From an uncultured Gammaproteobacteria bacterium (lineage in GTDB: Bacteria > Patescibacteriota > Microgenomatia > Levybacterales > UBA12049), in the NCBI GenBank assembly GCA_964490105.1, contig CAZAZU010000002.1, positions 12,751 through 76,750 of the forward strand: a stretch of 64,000 bases of DNA. Reading direction: 5' to 3'. Within the stretch, counting starts at the first letter, position 1. Each line of letters opens with the position of its first letter. The position numbers were made by a program, and so were the translations under genes. This document shows, piece after piece, positions 8,867 through 18,213 of the stretch. Under the pieces are notes generated by a model, which worked only from the letters and a program-made list of their open reading frames with translations, did not search any database and was not told the origin of the DNA.

Positions 8867-10645
8867 CTACTTCTTCGTAAACCATTCTTCTAAAACTTCC
8901 TTAGCGAATGGAGCGGCTTCATTACTTCCCTCTCCTGACTCTTCATTAAGTACTGTTACTACGATTTGAGGATCATAAGCCGGAGCAAAAAGCGTAATCC
9001 ATGCATGTGGAAGTGTTTTTTCGCCTCCATGCTGAGCGGTTCCTGTCTTACATGCGATCACGATTTGACGCATATCAGCCGAGCCTGTTGCAACTTTTAA
9101 AATATTTCTCCCGTCAATTTTTAAATCTGCATTTTTAACTTTAAAATCAAACAATGGATAAGCGACTCCTGTCGGTGCACATGAAGCGATCATACCTTCG
9201 CGAATTGGGTCAATAGTTTTTTCTGAAATAAATTTTTCATTTATTTTTTCTTTTCCTAAATCTTTCAAAAGATATGGTCTATAAAGCGTACCGCCGGCTG
9301 CAATTGCCTGAGCCCAAGAATTTACAGAAAGAGGAGTCGATAATAAATAACCTTGTCCAATTCCATAATGATAAGTATCTCCTAAATACCAAGGCTCCCC
9401 TATATTCTTTCTTTTCCAAGCATCTGTTGGCACAAGTCCCGGATATTCTCCCTCCAGATCAATTCCCAAAACTTTATCTATTCCAAATTCTCTAGCCATT
9501 TTAGATAATCTTTCGTGTCCTATTTTTTCAGCTAATTTATAAAAGAAAATGTCATTTGACCTTGCAATTCCTTTAACTACGTTCACATCCCCATCAGTTC
9601 TTCCATAATTAGTAAAATACCAATTCGCAAATGAAAACTCTCCTATTTTTACAATTCCTGTATCTTTAACAGAATAATTTTTATCAATTATATTTTCTTC
9701 AAGTCCAGCAGCTGCGGTAACGAGTTTAAATGTAGAACCGGGAGGATAAAGACCTGAAATTGCGCGATTCAAAAATGGCTGAGTAGTAGAATCTAATAGA
9801 ACTTCTGTGACTGTTTTATAACTGCTAACTGCTGAAACTTTATAATCTTTTCCCTGAGTAAAAAGGTTTGGATCAAATGAGGGTTTTGAAACCAACGCGA
9901 GAACTTCCCCTTCTGGAGTTGTAGCGATAACTGCTCCTCTTTTTGCTTTACTCATCGCGTTATATGCTCTTTTTTGTAAATCTCGGTCAATTGTTAGAGT
10001 TATGTTTCTCCCTGGTATCGGATCAGTTTCACCTAGTTTTCTTACAATTTGTCCCTGGCTATCAATTTCTGCGAGCTGTTTTCCGTCAACTCCTTTTAAA
10101 AAACTTTCATATTCTCTTTCTATTCCGTTTTTTCCAATAACATCTCCAGATTTATAACCAGCATATTTACTTGTCTTTAGTTCATCTTCAGAAACTTGTC
10201 CTAAATAACCTAGCACATGAACCATGGAATCTTTTTCCGGATAAAGCCTTAATGAGTCAATCTCTAAATTCTTTTCACTCTTTGCAATTAAATCAATTGC
10301 CTCATCTTGCCCAATCAATTTAGTTTTCCCATTCTCTACTTGTCTAAAACCTGGAACGTTAAATACTAATGGCTTCCCGTTACGATCAAATATTACTCCG
10401 CGAGGTGCATGAATAACTAAGGTTTTTATACGATTACTATCTGATAGAGTTCTGTAATAACTTCCCTGAACAACTTGAACGAAGAAAAGTCGTAGTAAAA
10501 CAATTGAAATTGCGATAATTAAAAATACAGGAATTAAATAAAATCTGGCTTCGCGAGGCACTGGGCCGTCATGATAGTTTCCCCGTCTTTTTATTTTTTC
10601 TGTAGAGATGAATTCGCCAAAAATTGGGCCGATTTTTTTGTCCAT
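8867..10645 (-). CDS. mrdA: penicillin-binding protein 2 (peptidoglycan D,D-transpeptidase)
   Basis: N-terminal TM. SxxK (STFK), SxN (SND) and KTG (KTGTAQ) motifs in the correct order. Located immediately downstream of mreBCD. Confidence 0.85.
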   Translation of the reverse strand: MDKKIGPIFGEFISTEKIKRRGNYHDGPVPREARFYLIPVFLIIAISIVLLRLFFVQVVQGSYYRTLSDSNRIKTLVIHAPRGVIFDRNGKPLVFNVPGFRQVENGKTKLIGQDEAIDLIAKSEKNLEIDSLRLYPEKDSMVHVLGYLGQVSEDELKTSKYAGYKSGDVIGKNGIEREYESFLKGVDGKQLAEIDSQGQIVRKLGETDPIPGRNITLTIDRDLQKRAYNAMSKAKRGAVIATTPEGEVLALVSKPSFDPNLFTQGKDYKVSAVSSYKTVTEVLLDSTTQPFLNRAISGLYPPGSTFKLVTAAAGLEENIIDKNYSVKDTGIVKIGEFSFANWYFTNYGRTDGDVNVVKGIARSNDIFFYKLAEKIGHERLSKMAREFGIDKVLGIDLEGEYPGLVPTDAWKRKNIGEPWYLGDTYHYGIGQGYLLSTPLSVNSWAQAIAAGGTLYRPYLLKDLGKEKINEKFISEKTIDPIREGMIASCAPTGVAYPLFDFKVKNADLKIDGRNILKVATGSADMRQIVIACKTGTAQHGGEKTLPHAWITLFAPAYDPQIVVTVLNEESGEGSNEAAPFAKEVLEEWFTKK

Positions 10646-10647
10646 AA

Positions 10648-11061
10648 TTATGCATATTTAGGTACTTTTCTAATTGTCTTTTTGTAAATATAAAATGAAT
10701 TAAAAATTAAAAAAGTCGCAAATAATGATTCCAACATTAGATGGTTAGAACGAGTTAAAAATAAATACGCTAATGATCCTATAAATGCGCTAATTGTAAC
10801 GAAACTTGATGACTCTATTTCAAACTTTTTCTGATAAAGAAAAATCAGCATTACAAATATTACATAAAATCCGCTAGTTAATCCAATTGTCCCAAGAGTT
10901 AAAATATCAAGCAGTAATCCGCTTACAAATGCCAGAATAAAAACATCATTGTTCTTAAGAATTACTGCAGCGAAAATAATTATTAAAAATGTCAGCGGAA
11001 CAGTAATAACAGTAGACTCTAAAATAATAGATGCAAATAGTAGAAGTGCAATTAAATTCAT
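10648..11061 (-). CDS. mreD: rod shape-determining protein MreD
   Basis: 137-aa polytopic membrane protein. Overlaps the stop of mreC, the canonical position. Confidence 0.55.
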   Translation of the reverse strand: MNLIALLLFASIILESTVITVPLTFLIIIFAAVILKNNDVFILAFVSGLLLDILTLGTIGLTSGFYVIFVMLIFLYQKKFEIESSSFVTISAFIGSLAYLFLTRSNHLMLESLFATFLIFNSFYIYKKTIRKVPKYA

Positions 11062-11843
11062 CTTAATATAAATACTGTTTTTAAATTTGTAAAATCTACA
11101 AAACTTTTTACTTTAGCTTTTTGAAATAAATCACTCGATTTTTTTTCGACCGTTATTATTTTCCCCACTATTAAATCTGGCGGATATCCGACACCATTTT
11201 CATCTCTGTCTCCTTTTGTTAAAACCTGATCATCTTTCCTAATTGTCAAAGTAAGAAGCACATTTTCAAAATTCATTTCGTCATTTTGGCCTTTTATTAC
11301 TCCTGTAGCTTCTGCTCCATCCAGCGAGGCCACTTTTGCAGTAAAAGAAGAATTTTTATTATTTAGAAGTTCTACTTTAGAAAAATCGGGCTTTGCATCA
11401 ATTACTTTTCCTACTAGATAGTTCTCGATAATTATCGTACTTCCCTTTTTAACTCCAGAATTTAAGCCTTTATCTAAAATCAAATATTCAGGTAAGCTTT
11501 TTCCTGGAATAAATCCGGGAAATCCTACAACTTTTGCTGGGAGCAACTCCAAACTTTCTGATCCTGATTTTGCAAATTGATCTTTTAGTGCTTTATTTTC
11601 CAGTATCAAATTTTGCCTATCGGATAATTCTTTTTTTAGTTTTGCATTTTCAGAATTTAACTCTTTTATGTTCTTGTTTTGGTAGCCGAAAATATTTATC
11701 GCAGAAGATTTTATAGGAGCTGCTCCTCTATTAATTAAGGAAGCAAATCCATCGAGCACTCCAAATCTTCCAATAAAAATTAGAACCAAACTAATCGTAA
11801 AGAAAACCAAAAAAAATGGGACAAATGAATTTCTATTCTGCAT
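11058..11843 (-). CDS. mreC: rod shape-determining protein MreC
   Basis: N-terminal TM, coiled-coil (LKKELSDRQNLILENKALKDQF), then a beta-rich C-terminal domain. Sits between mreB and mreD. Confidence 0.8.
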   Translation of the reverse strand: MQNRNSFVPFFLVFFTISLVLIFIGRFGVLDGFASLINRGAAPIKSSAINIFGYQNKNIKELNSENAKLKKELSDRQNLILENKALKDQFAKSGSESLELLPAKVVGFPGFIPGKSLPEYLILDKGLNSGVKKGSTIIIENYLVGKVIDAKPDFSKVELLNNKNSSFTAKVASLDGAEATGVIKGQNDEMNFENVLLTLTIRKDDQVLTKGDRDENGVGYPPDLIVGKIITVEKKSSDLFQKAKVKSFVDFTNLKTVFILR

Positions 11844-11887
11844 GAGAATTGCTAATTATAATAGCCTTTTTTAAGAAGTGTTACAAG

Positions 11888-12181
11888 CTACTCCGCGACA
11901 GGGGCTTGCTCTATCAGGTATCTGTCTAAATCTGGCATTTTCGAGATATGATCTACTGCTTTAGCAGCATCCGCCAACGTAGATCCGTCTACTATCAAAA
12001 TCGGCTCAGCTGCAAAATCAGGATTTACTGTTAGTAATGAATCAAAATACCCCTGAGTTCCAGCTGTTAAATCAAATAAAACTCCGCTTCTTTCAACCAT
12101 ATACTCCCGACACACTACTGATCCTTCATGCTCAAGGATTCCTACTTCATTAAATCTTGATCCTTCTATGTTAGTTTTCAT
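11888..12181 (-). CDS. hypothetical protein (GC-rich), inserted between mreB and mreC
   Basis: 97-aa ORF with no motif. Start is 4 nt after the stop of the upstream 176-aa ORF. Confidence 0.35.
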   Translation of the reverse strand: MKTNIEGSRFNEVGILEHEGSVVCREYMVERSGVLFDLTAGTQGYFDSLLTVNPDFAAEPILIVDGSTLADAAKAVDHISKMPDLDRYLIEQAPVAE

Positions 12182-12184
12182 TTT

Positions 12185-12715
12185 TTATCCAACTTTTCTT
12201 CGACCCTTTAAATATTTTTTGTCCTTTATGGTCAGGACGCTAAGCACATCAGCTTGATCCGACTTATCACAAACTGCCACTTTTACAATTACAGGAACAT
12301 CATTTTCTGGCCCAAGTATATCATCCATTCTCATAAAATAAACTCTTTGCCCTCCGGGATTAGCAAAATAATTTATTCTTCTATTGCCCACAGCGTCAAC
12401 TACTCCTCTAACTGCTGGACTGAAACCTGTTTCCGCATACTGAGGAAGCGAAGCATAAAACATATTATCTACGAGCGTACTCCTGTGCTCATCGAGTCTT
12501 TGAGCAGCTCGCAATAATTTCCTACCGCTAACTGCGTGTCCTAAATAAAACTCTCGACCGCCTTGAGGGACGAATTTAGCAAGCGTTATTTGCCTCTGAC
12601 TTTCTAGCCATGGAATTTGTTCAGGCCCAACCTGAGCAGTAAGGCCATGAGAAACCTCACTATATCCTGAAGGAATACCTTTATTTTCAAAATTTCTAGC
12701 AGGAATATCGCTCAC
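12185..12715 (-). CDS. hypothetical protein (GC-rich), inserted between mreB and mreC
   Basis: 176-aa ORF. Its start overlaps the mreB stop by 4 nt (ATGA-type coupling). Confidence 0.4.
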   Translation of the reverse strand: MSDIPARNFENKGIPSGYSEVSHGLTAQVGPEQIPWLESQRQITLAKFVPQGGREFYLGHAVSGRKLLRAAQRLDEHRSTLVDNMFYASLPQYAETGFSPAVRGVVDAVGNRRINYFANPGGQRVYFMRMDDILGPENDVPVIVKVAVCDKSDQADVLSVLTIKDKKYLKGRRKVG

Positions 12716-13800
12716 TTTAATCCTCCGATTACTTTAACTCTATTTAATAATTCTTCGTCTTCGAGAACTTTTCCTGTCCCTCTAACTACTGTCGTAAGCG
12801 GATCTTCTGATCGGATAACTGGTATATGGGTTCTGTCTACTATTAATTTATCCAGTCCGTAAAGCATTGAACCTCCGCCTGTAAGTAAAATTCCATTTTC
12901 CAAAATGTCAGCAGTAAGTTCAGGAGGCGCTTCTTCCAAAACATCAGCCACAGATTCAACTATTTTTGAAATAATAGGAGCAAGTGCTTCTCTTACTTCC
13001 ACCTCTGTAACTCGCAAGCTTTTTGGAAGACCGGTTTCCAAATCTCTACCCCTAACGATAGCAGCTTTTTCTTCATCTTTTTCTTTCTCCTCATCGTCTT
13101 TCTTTTTTTTCTTTGGTCTTTCGTATGCACTACCTAATTTTATCTTTAACTCCTCAACTGTTCTTTCTCCAAGCAAAAGTCCATGCCTTAAACGAATATA
13201 ATGAGTAATTGCTGCGTCCATATCATCACCTGCAGTTTTGAGAGATCTAGAAACCACAATTCCTCCAAGTGAAATTACTGCAATTTCAGTTGTTCCTCCG
13301 CCAATATCTACTACCATCTTTCCAGTCGGCGCAAAAACAGAAATCCCTTCTCCGATAGCTGCCGCCATTGGCTCCTCAATAAGAAAAGCCTCCCTAGCTC
13401 CAGCAGAAAGCGCTGCTTCCCAAACAGCCCGGCGCTGAACTTCAGTTACAGCAGATGGAATCCCTATAACGACACGCGGACGGGAAATTGCTAGAGGTAG
13501 CGAACTCCCTGAACTATGAACATCATGAACAAAACGACTAACCATAGCGCTTGTCGCGTCGAAATCTGAAATTACTCCGCTTCTTAAAGGCTTTACCGTA
13601 ACAATAAGCTCTGGTGTTTTCCCAAGCATTTTTTTTGCTTCACTTCCAAGTGCTATTAATTTTTTTGTTTTTTTGTGAATTGCGATAATTGAAGGCTCTC
13701 TAATTACAATTCCTTTTCCTCTTACCCAAACGAGCGTGTTTGCAGTTCCTAAATCTATTCCAATATCATGGCTAAATAAACTAAAAAGGTTTCTAAACAT
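12712..13800 (-). CDS. mreB: rod shape-determining protein MreB (copy 1, with K/E-rich insertion)
   Basis: IGIDLGTANTLVW phosphate-1 motif and DIGGGTTEIAVISL phosphate-2 motif. ~35-aa low-complexity insert ERPKKKKKDDEEKEKDEEKAAIVRG. Start placed at the internal Met (MFRNLFSLF). Confidence 0.85.
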   Translation of the reverse strand: MFRNLFSLFSHDIGIDLGTANTLVWVRGKGIVIREPSIIAIHKKTKKLIALGSEAKKMLGKTPELIVTVKPLRSGVISDFDATSAMVSRFVHDVHSSGSSLPLAISRPRVVIGIPSAVTEVQRRAVWEAALSAGAREAFLIEEPMAAAIGEGISVFAPTGKMVVDIGGGTTEIAVISLGGIVVSRSLKTAGDDMDAAITHYIRLRHGLLLGERTVEELKIKLGSAYERPKKKKKDDEEKEKDEEKAAIVRGRDLETGLPKSLRVTEVEVREALAPIISKIVESVADVLEEAPPELTADILENGILLTGGGSMLYGLDKLIVDRTHIPVIRSEDPLTTVVRGTGKVLEDEELLNRVKVIGGLK

Positions 13801-13906
13801 AAAAAAACAACTCTCAGCGTGTGTGAGGATTGAAATCCATTCTAGCACCTTGAGGTTATTTTGCAATAACTTACGCGCAATAAATTTAATATTGTTTCCA
13901 GTAAAA

Positions 13907-16261
13907 ATGCCTGATACAATTGTGTTTGTGAAATTTGTAGGCTACGCAACACGCGGAATTGAATTTTTATTTTACTCTCTTTTTCTACTCATCCCGCTAG
14001 TTTTCGCAGGTAACACTTCAGAGCTTTTTGAATTTTCTAAAATGTGGCTCACTTTCGGAATTGCAATTACCATTGGTTTTTTATGGTTTTCAAAAATGAT
14101 CCTTCTAAAAAAATTTATCTTCAAAAGAACTATTTTTGATATCCCGATATTCTTAATTCTTTTTTCTCACTTAGTTTCAACCTTAATTTCTCTAGATCCT
14201 CATATTTCACTCTGGGGATATTACTCCCGCTGGAACGGCGGACTACTATCAATGCTCACATATGCATTTCTGTTCTGGGCCTTTGTAAGTAATTTTAATC
14301 ACGACTCGACAGAAAACCCCACTACAAATCATCTGTCTAGGAAAAGTTTTTTTGATATTCGTCCAGATGCTTTAAGAGTAATCCAAAATTCATTTTTAGT
14401 AAGTCTGATATCTGGATTTATAGTCGTTCTCTGGGCAATTCCTTCACATTTTGGTTATGACCCTACATGCTATGTATTCAGAGGAACACTCGACACAACT
14501 TGCTGGACTGCAGATTTCCAGCCTACTGTCAGAATATTTGGACCACTCGGTCAGCCGGCTTGGCTCGCAGCATACTTAGGCATCTTAATCCCAATTGCCG
14601 GAGCTTTTGCATTGAAAGAACTTAGAAAAACAAAGGAAAAGCTAAACCCGAAATTTCTTGCTTACTCAGGACTATTTATACTATTTTATATAGCCCTTCT
14701 TTATTCAGGGTCCAGAGGAGGAATAATAGGTGTTTTCATTTCGCTTCTATCCATGACAATTTCTTATCTTTACTTTAACAGGCACGATCTAAGTTTCTTA
14801 AAAAATAAATTAATTCCAATTTTTATAGCTTCCATTATAATCGTAACGCCATTCGCAGGAATTGATTTGCCAAATGGAACTAAAGTTACATATGATGTTT
14901 TACTTAAGCAATTTAAAAAAGACGCACCGCCCCCACCCATAACACCCGGACAAACACCTACAACATCTGCAGCTGCAACCGAAGAGACTCCAAATCCTGC
15001 AATTCCACTAGGAGGATCTTCATCAGCTGAGATTCGATCAATTGTTTGGAAAGGCGGAATTGCAGCGTGGAAAGCAAATCCTATTTTCGGGACAGGAGTT
15101 GAAACTTATGCTTTTGCATACTACAAACATAGGCCTGAAGAACATAACAGAGTGTCTGAATGGAACTTCTTATATAACAAAGCTCATAACGAATACATCA
15201 ACTATCTAGTTACTACTGGAGCTTTCGGATTCCTTTCTTATGCTGCTTTCATTGGTCTTTTCTTTATCGCATCTGGACTTAGCTTATTAAATATAAAAGT
15301 AAGAACAATTCCATATTTAGGAAATTTTTCATCTAGCGTTAAGTGGGATCACAAGGATCCGATCGTACTCGCGCTTATCGCCTCTATTATTTCCATGCTA
15401 ATCGTAAACTTTTTCGGTTTTTCAGTCGTAATTACAAATATTTATTTATTCTTAATACCGGCATTTATTCTATTTCTTTTGAAACTAGTTCCAGATTTTA
15501 AAGAACCTCCTCTTCCTAAAATCCCATATGTCTCTTACTCTCAGTGGAGTGCAGTAATAGGACTTGGTGCACTAGCTACATTTTTAATTTTTATGCTTGT
15601 CAGATTCTGGGTGGCTGACACCAAATATGCATTAGGCTTTAACTATAATCAGGCTGGGGATTTTCAAACGGCGTATCCCTTACTGCAATCTGCGATAAAA
15701 ATGAGAAAAGAACCTGTTTTCTTAAATGAAATAGCTATAAATGACGCAAATCTTGCAACAAGTCTTGCGACACAAAACGGCAGTGAGTCAGCGCAAATTA
15801 TTCAGCAATTAGCTACAGAATCTCTAACAACTTCTGAAAAATTAATTAAAGACCATCCAAATAATGTAGTCTTCTGGAAAACTAGAGTTAGAGTTCTTTA
15901 TACTCTAGCCCGCCTTGACCCTTCATTTTATCCACAGGCTTTAGCAGCTATTCAGCAAACAGCTCTTCTTGCTCCAACTGATGCAAGTATTCTCTATAAC
16001 TTGGGAGTTTTGTATGGACAAAATGGAGATTCTAAAAAGGCTGTAGAAATTCTGGAGCAAACAGTCAAATATAGACCCCAATATTCTGAAGCCCATTTCG
16101 CGCTTGGTCTTTTCTATCATGACTTAGGTGTTGACCAAAATGGAGCAGTAAAAGATGAAACATATCGCCAAAAAGCGATTGCTGAAATGGATTATATACT
16201 AAAAAATCTTAACCCAAATGATTCTCAAGCTAAAGCCTACTACGACGAATGGCAGAAGTAG
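13907..16261 (+). CDS. O-antigen-ligase (Wzy_C)-like polytopic membrane protein fused to C-terminal TPR repeats
   Basis: Many TM helices. Wzy_C-type loop WKGGIAAWKANPIFGTGVETYAFAY..H.R..EWNFLYNKAHNEYINYLVTTG. C-terminal TPR-like repeats (ILYNLGVLYGQNGDSKKAVEILEQTVKYRPQYSEAHFALGLFY). Start chosen at the Met at 13907 to avoid overlap with mreB. Confidence 0.55.
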   Translation: MPDTIVFVKFVGYATRGIEFLFYSLFLLIPLVFAGNTSELFEFSKMWLTFGIAITIGFLWFSKMILLKKFIFKRTIFDIPIFLILFSHLVSTLISLDPHISLWGYYSRWNGGLLSMLTYAFLFWAFVSNFNHDSTENPTTNHLSRKSFFDIRPDALRVIQNSFLVSLISGFIVVLWAIPSHFGYDPTCYVFRGTLDTTCWTADFQPTVRIFGPLGQPAWLAAYLGILIPIAGAFALKELRKTKEKLNPKFLAYSGLFILFYIALLYSGSRGGIIGVFISLLSMTISYLYFNRHDLSFLKNKLIPIFIASIIIVTPFAGIDLPNGTKVTYDVLLKQFKKDAPPPPITPGQTPTTSAAATEETPNPAIPLGGSSSAEIRSIVWKGGIAAWKANPIFGTGVETYAFAYYKHRPEEHNRVSEWNFLYNKAHNEYINYLVTTGAFGFLSYAAFIGLFFIASGLSLLNIKVRTIPYLGNFSSSVKWDHKDPIVLALIASIISMLIVNFFGFSVVITNIYLFLIPAFILFLLKLVPDFKEPPLPKIPYVSYSQWSAVIGLGALATFLIFMLVRFWVADTKYALGFNYNQAGDFQTAYPLLQSAIKMRKEPVFLNEIAINDANLATSLATQNGSESAQIIQQLATESLTTSEKLIKDHPNNVVFWKTRVRVLYTLARLDPSFYPQALAAIQQTALLAPTDASILYNLGVLYGQNGDSKKAVEILEQTVKYRPQYSEAHFALGLFYHDLGVDQNGAVKDETYRQKAIAEMDYILKNLNPNDSQAKAYYDEWQK

Positions 16262-16314
16262 ATATAATCTAGCTTTGCATTATGCTATAATTTCCAGAAC
16301 CGGTTTTTCGAATT

Positions 16315-16869
16315 ATGGCACAAATCGTATCCGCACCACATCCAGTTTTAAGTAAAGTAGCTAGCGATTATGTCTTTGAAAAAAATGACAAATTTTTGCC
16401 GGCGATTTTAAAAGAGATGGAAAAAGCACTTCTCGAGGCTTCTGACCCGAAAGGAGTAGGACTTGCAGCTCCTCAGATCGGACGAGGAATTTCAATTTTT
16501 ATAACCAAACCATCTGATAATGCCCCTATCTCTGTTTTTATAAATCCTAAAATCATAAAATCAGAACCAATTCCAAAAGATAATCCAGAAGATGAAAAAA
16601 AAGCTAAAAAACTTGAAGGATGTCTTTCGCTTCCAAGCATTTGGGGTGTTGTTAAGAGATCTCCTAGCGTTACTCTTTCTTATTATGATCATTTAGGAAG
16701 AAAGAAAACTAAAAAATTTACAGGATTTATGTCAACTATCGTACAGCATGAGGTAGATCATTTAAATGGAATTCTTTTCCCAAAAAGAGTTTTAGAGCAA
16801 AACGGCGCTCTTTATAAATCCAGCAAAAATGAAAAGAATGAGGACGAATTCGAAGAGATTTCAGTATGA
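16315..16869 (+). CDS. def: peptide deformylase
   Basis: Motifs GVGLAAPQIG, EGCLS, QHEVDHLNG. Confidence 0.9.
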   Translation: MAQIVSAPHPVLSKVASDYVFEKNDKFLPAILKEMEKALLEASDPKGVGLAAPQIGRGISIFITKPSDNAPISVFINPKIIKSEPIPKDNPEDEKKAKKLEGCLSLPSIWGVVKRSPSVTLSYYDHLGRKKTKKFTGFMSTIVQHEVDHLNGILFPKRVLEQNGALYKSSKNEKNEDEFEEISV

Positions 16870-17681
16870 AGATAGTATTTTTTGGTTCCAGGCATATCCA
16901 TAGCATTCTTAGAGAACTCGATGAAAATTTTGATCTGAAACTAGTTGTTACTACTGATGCTGGCATAGTTAATATCGCAAAAACAGAGGGATATCCTTAT
17001 GCACAGGTTTTAAAAATTGATTCAAATTTAATTAAGGCCATAAAAGATCTGGAGCCGGATTTAGGAATAGTTGCAGATTTCGGTCTCATAATTCCTCAGG
17101 CTCTTTTGGACATATTCCCTCACGGAATTTTAAATGTTCACCCTTCCCTATTACCATTATATAGAGGCCCTACTCCAGTTCAAACTGCACTTCTAAATGG
17201 TGACTCAGTGACAGGAATTTCTATTATTAAAATTGATGAGGAACTTGATCACGGCCCGATAATTTATCAGGAAGAATATGACATAAAGCCCCAGGACTTT
17301 ACGGAAAAACTACTTAACAATCTCTTTCAAAGAGCAGCGGAAATTCTTCCGGATCTGATTACAGAATATGTAGACGGGAAATTAAATTTAGAACCTCAAA
17401 ACGACGATAATGCGACCTATACAAATATTTTGAAAAAAGAAGATGGATTTATAGATCTAGATAATCCTCCAGAGAAAAGAAAACTTGAGAAAATGATAAA
17501 TGCACTAAGTCCCTGGCCAGGAGTTTGGACTAGATTCAAGCTTACGGATAAAGAAGTGATTATAAAACTACATCCCATGAACTTTATTCATGTTGAAGGA
17601 AAAAAACCGATGAACTATAAAGACTTTAAAAATGGGTATCAAAAAGGCGAAGAATTCCTCAGAAAACTTAGCCTTCTTTAA
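16866..17681 (+). CDS. fmt: methionyl-tRNA formyltransferase
   Basis: NVHPSLLPLYRGPTPVQ signature plus a C-terminal Formyl_trans_C-like region. 4-nt overlap with def (def-fmt operon). Confidence 0.85.
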   Translation: MKIVFFGSRHIHSILRELDENFDLKLVVTTDAGIVNIAKTEGYPYAQVLKIDSNLIKAIKDLEPDLGIVADFGLIIPQALLDIFPHGILNVHPSLLPLYRGPTPVQTALLNGDSVTGISIIKIDEELDHGPIIYQEEYDIKPQDFTEKLLNNLFQRAAEILPDLITEYVDGKLNLEPQNDDNATYTNILKKEDGFIDLDNPPEKRKLEKMINALSPWPGVWTRFKLTDKEVIIKLHPMNFIHVEGKKPMNYKDFKNGYQKGEEFLRKLSLL

Positions 17682-17881
17682 TTTAATTTCGTTAATTCGC
17701 TGATTTGTGCATGAAACTGAAGCGCGGGGAGCCGATGAATTTTCGTAGTTCGCATTTTGAGCTTGAGCTAACTAGAATGTAATTACCTAACATTAGACAA
17801 GCATCCCCGGAAATTTTCATATTCAAACAATTTGCGAACTGCGGATCAAGAAAATTTATTAGCGACCTCAGCGCAATTATT

Positions 17882-18151
17882 CTAGGCTAAGCCTGCGGAG
17901 ACTGGAGCTGCAGAAGAGATTTCCTGTTCTTTTAAAGCTGCAGCTGCTTTTTTTGATCTCGTATCTTTTCCACTAATGAGTCTTATGCATTTTGTGCAAA
18001 GTCTAACTCTCATAGAAGTTCCATCCACCACAATTCTTGCTGGATGAAGATTTGGCCTGAAAACTTTTCGAGTTCTATTTTTTGCGTGGGAAACATTATG
18101 ACCTATCATATTTCCTTTTCCGCAGTTGTAACATTTGTATCCGCTACTCAT
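17882..18151 (-). CDS. rpmB: 50S ribosomal protein L28 with C-terminal extension
   Basis: CYNCGKGNMIGHNVSHAKNRTRKVFRPNL matches the L28 signature (C..G......VSH...T.R.F.PNL). Confidence 0.75.
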   Translation of the reverse strand: MSSGYKCYNCGKGNMIGHNVSHAKNRTRKVFRPNLHPARIVVDGTSMRVRLCTKCIRLISGKDTRSKKAAAALKEQEISSAAPVSAGLA

Positions 18152-18213
18152 AGGCATATATTATACAAAAATTTACAGCTAAACTCAAACCTTACTTTTA
18201 AAAATCTGGTAAA

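Noticed and set aside
16262-16314. Looked for a canonical -35/-10 promoter upstream of def.
   Set aside because: TTGCAT and TATAAT hexamers are present but only about 5 nt apart. No convincing spacing.
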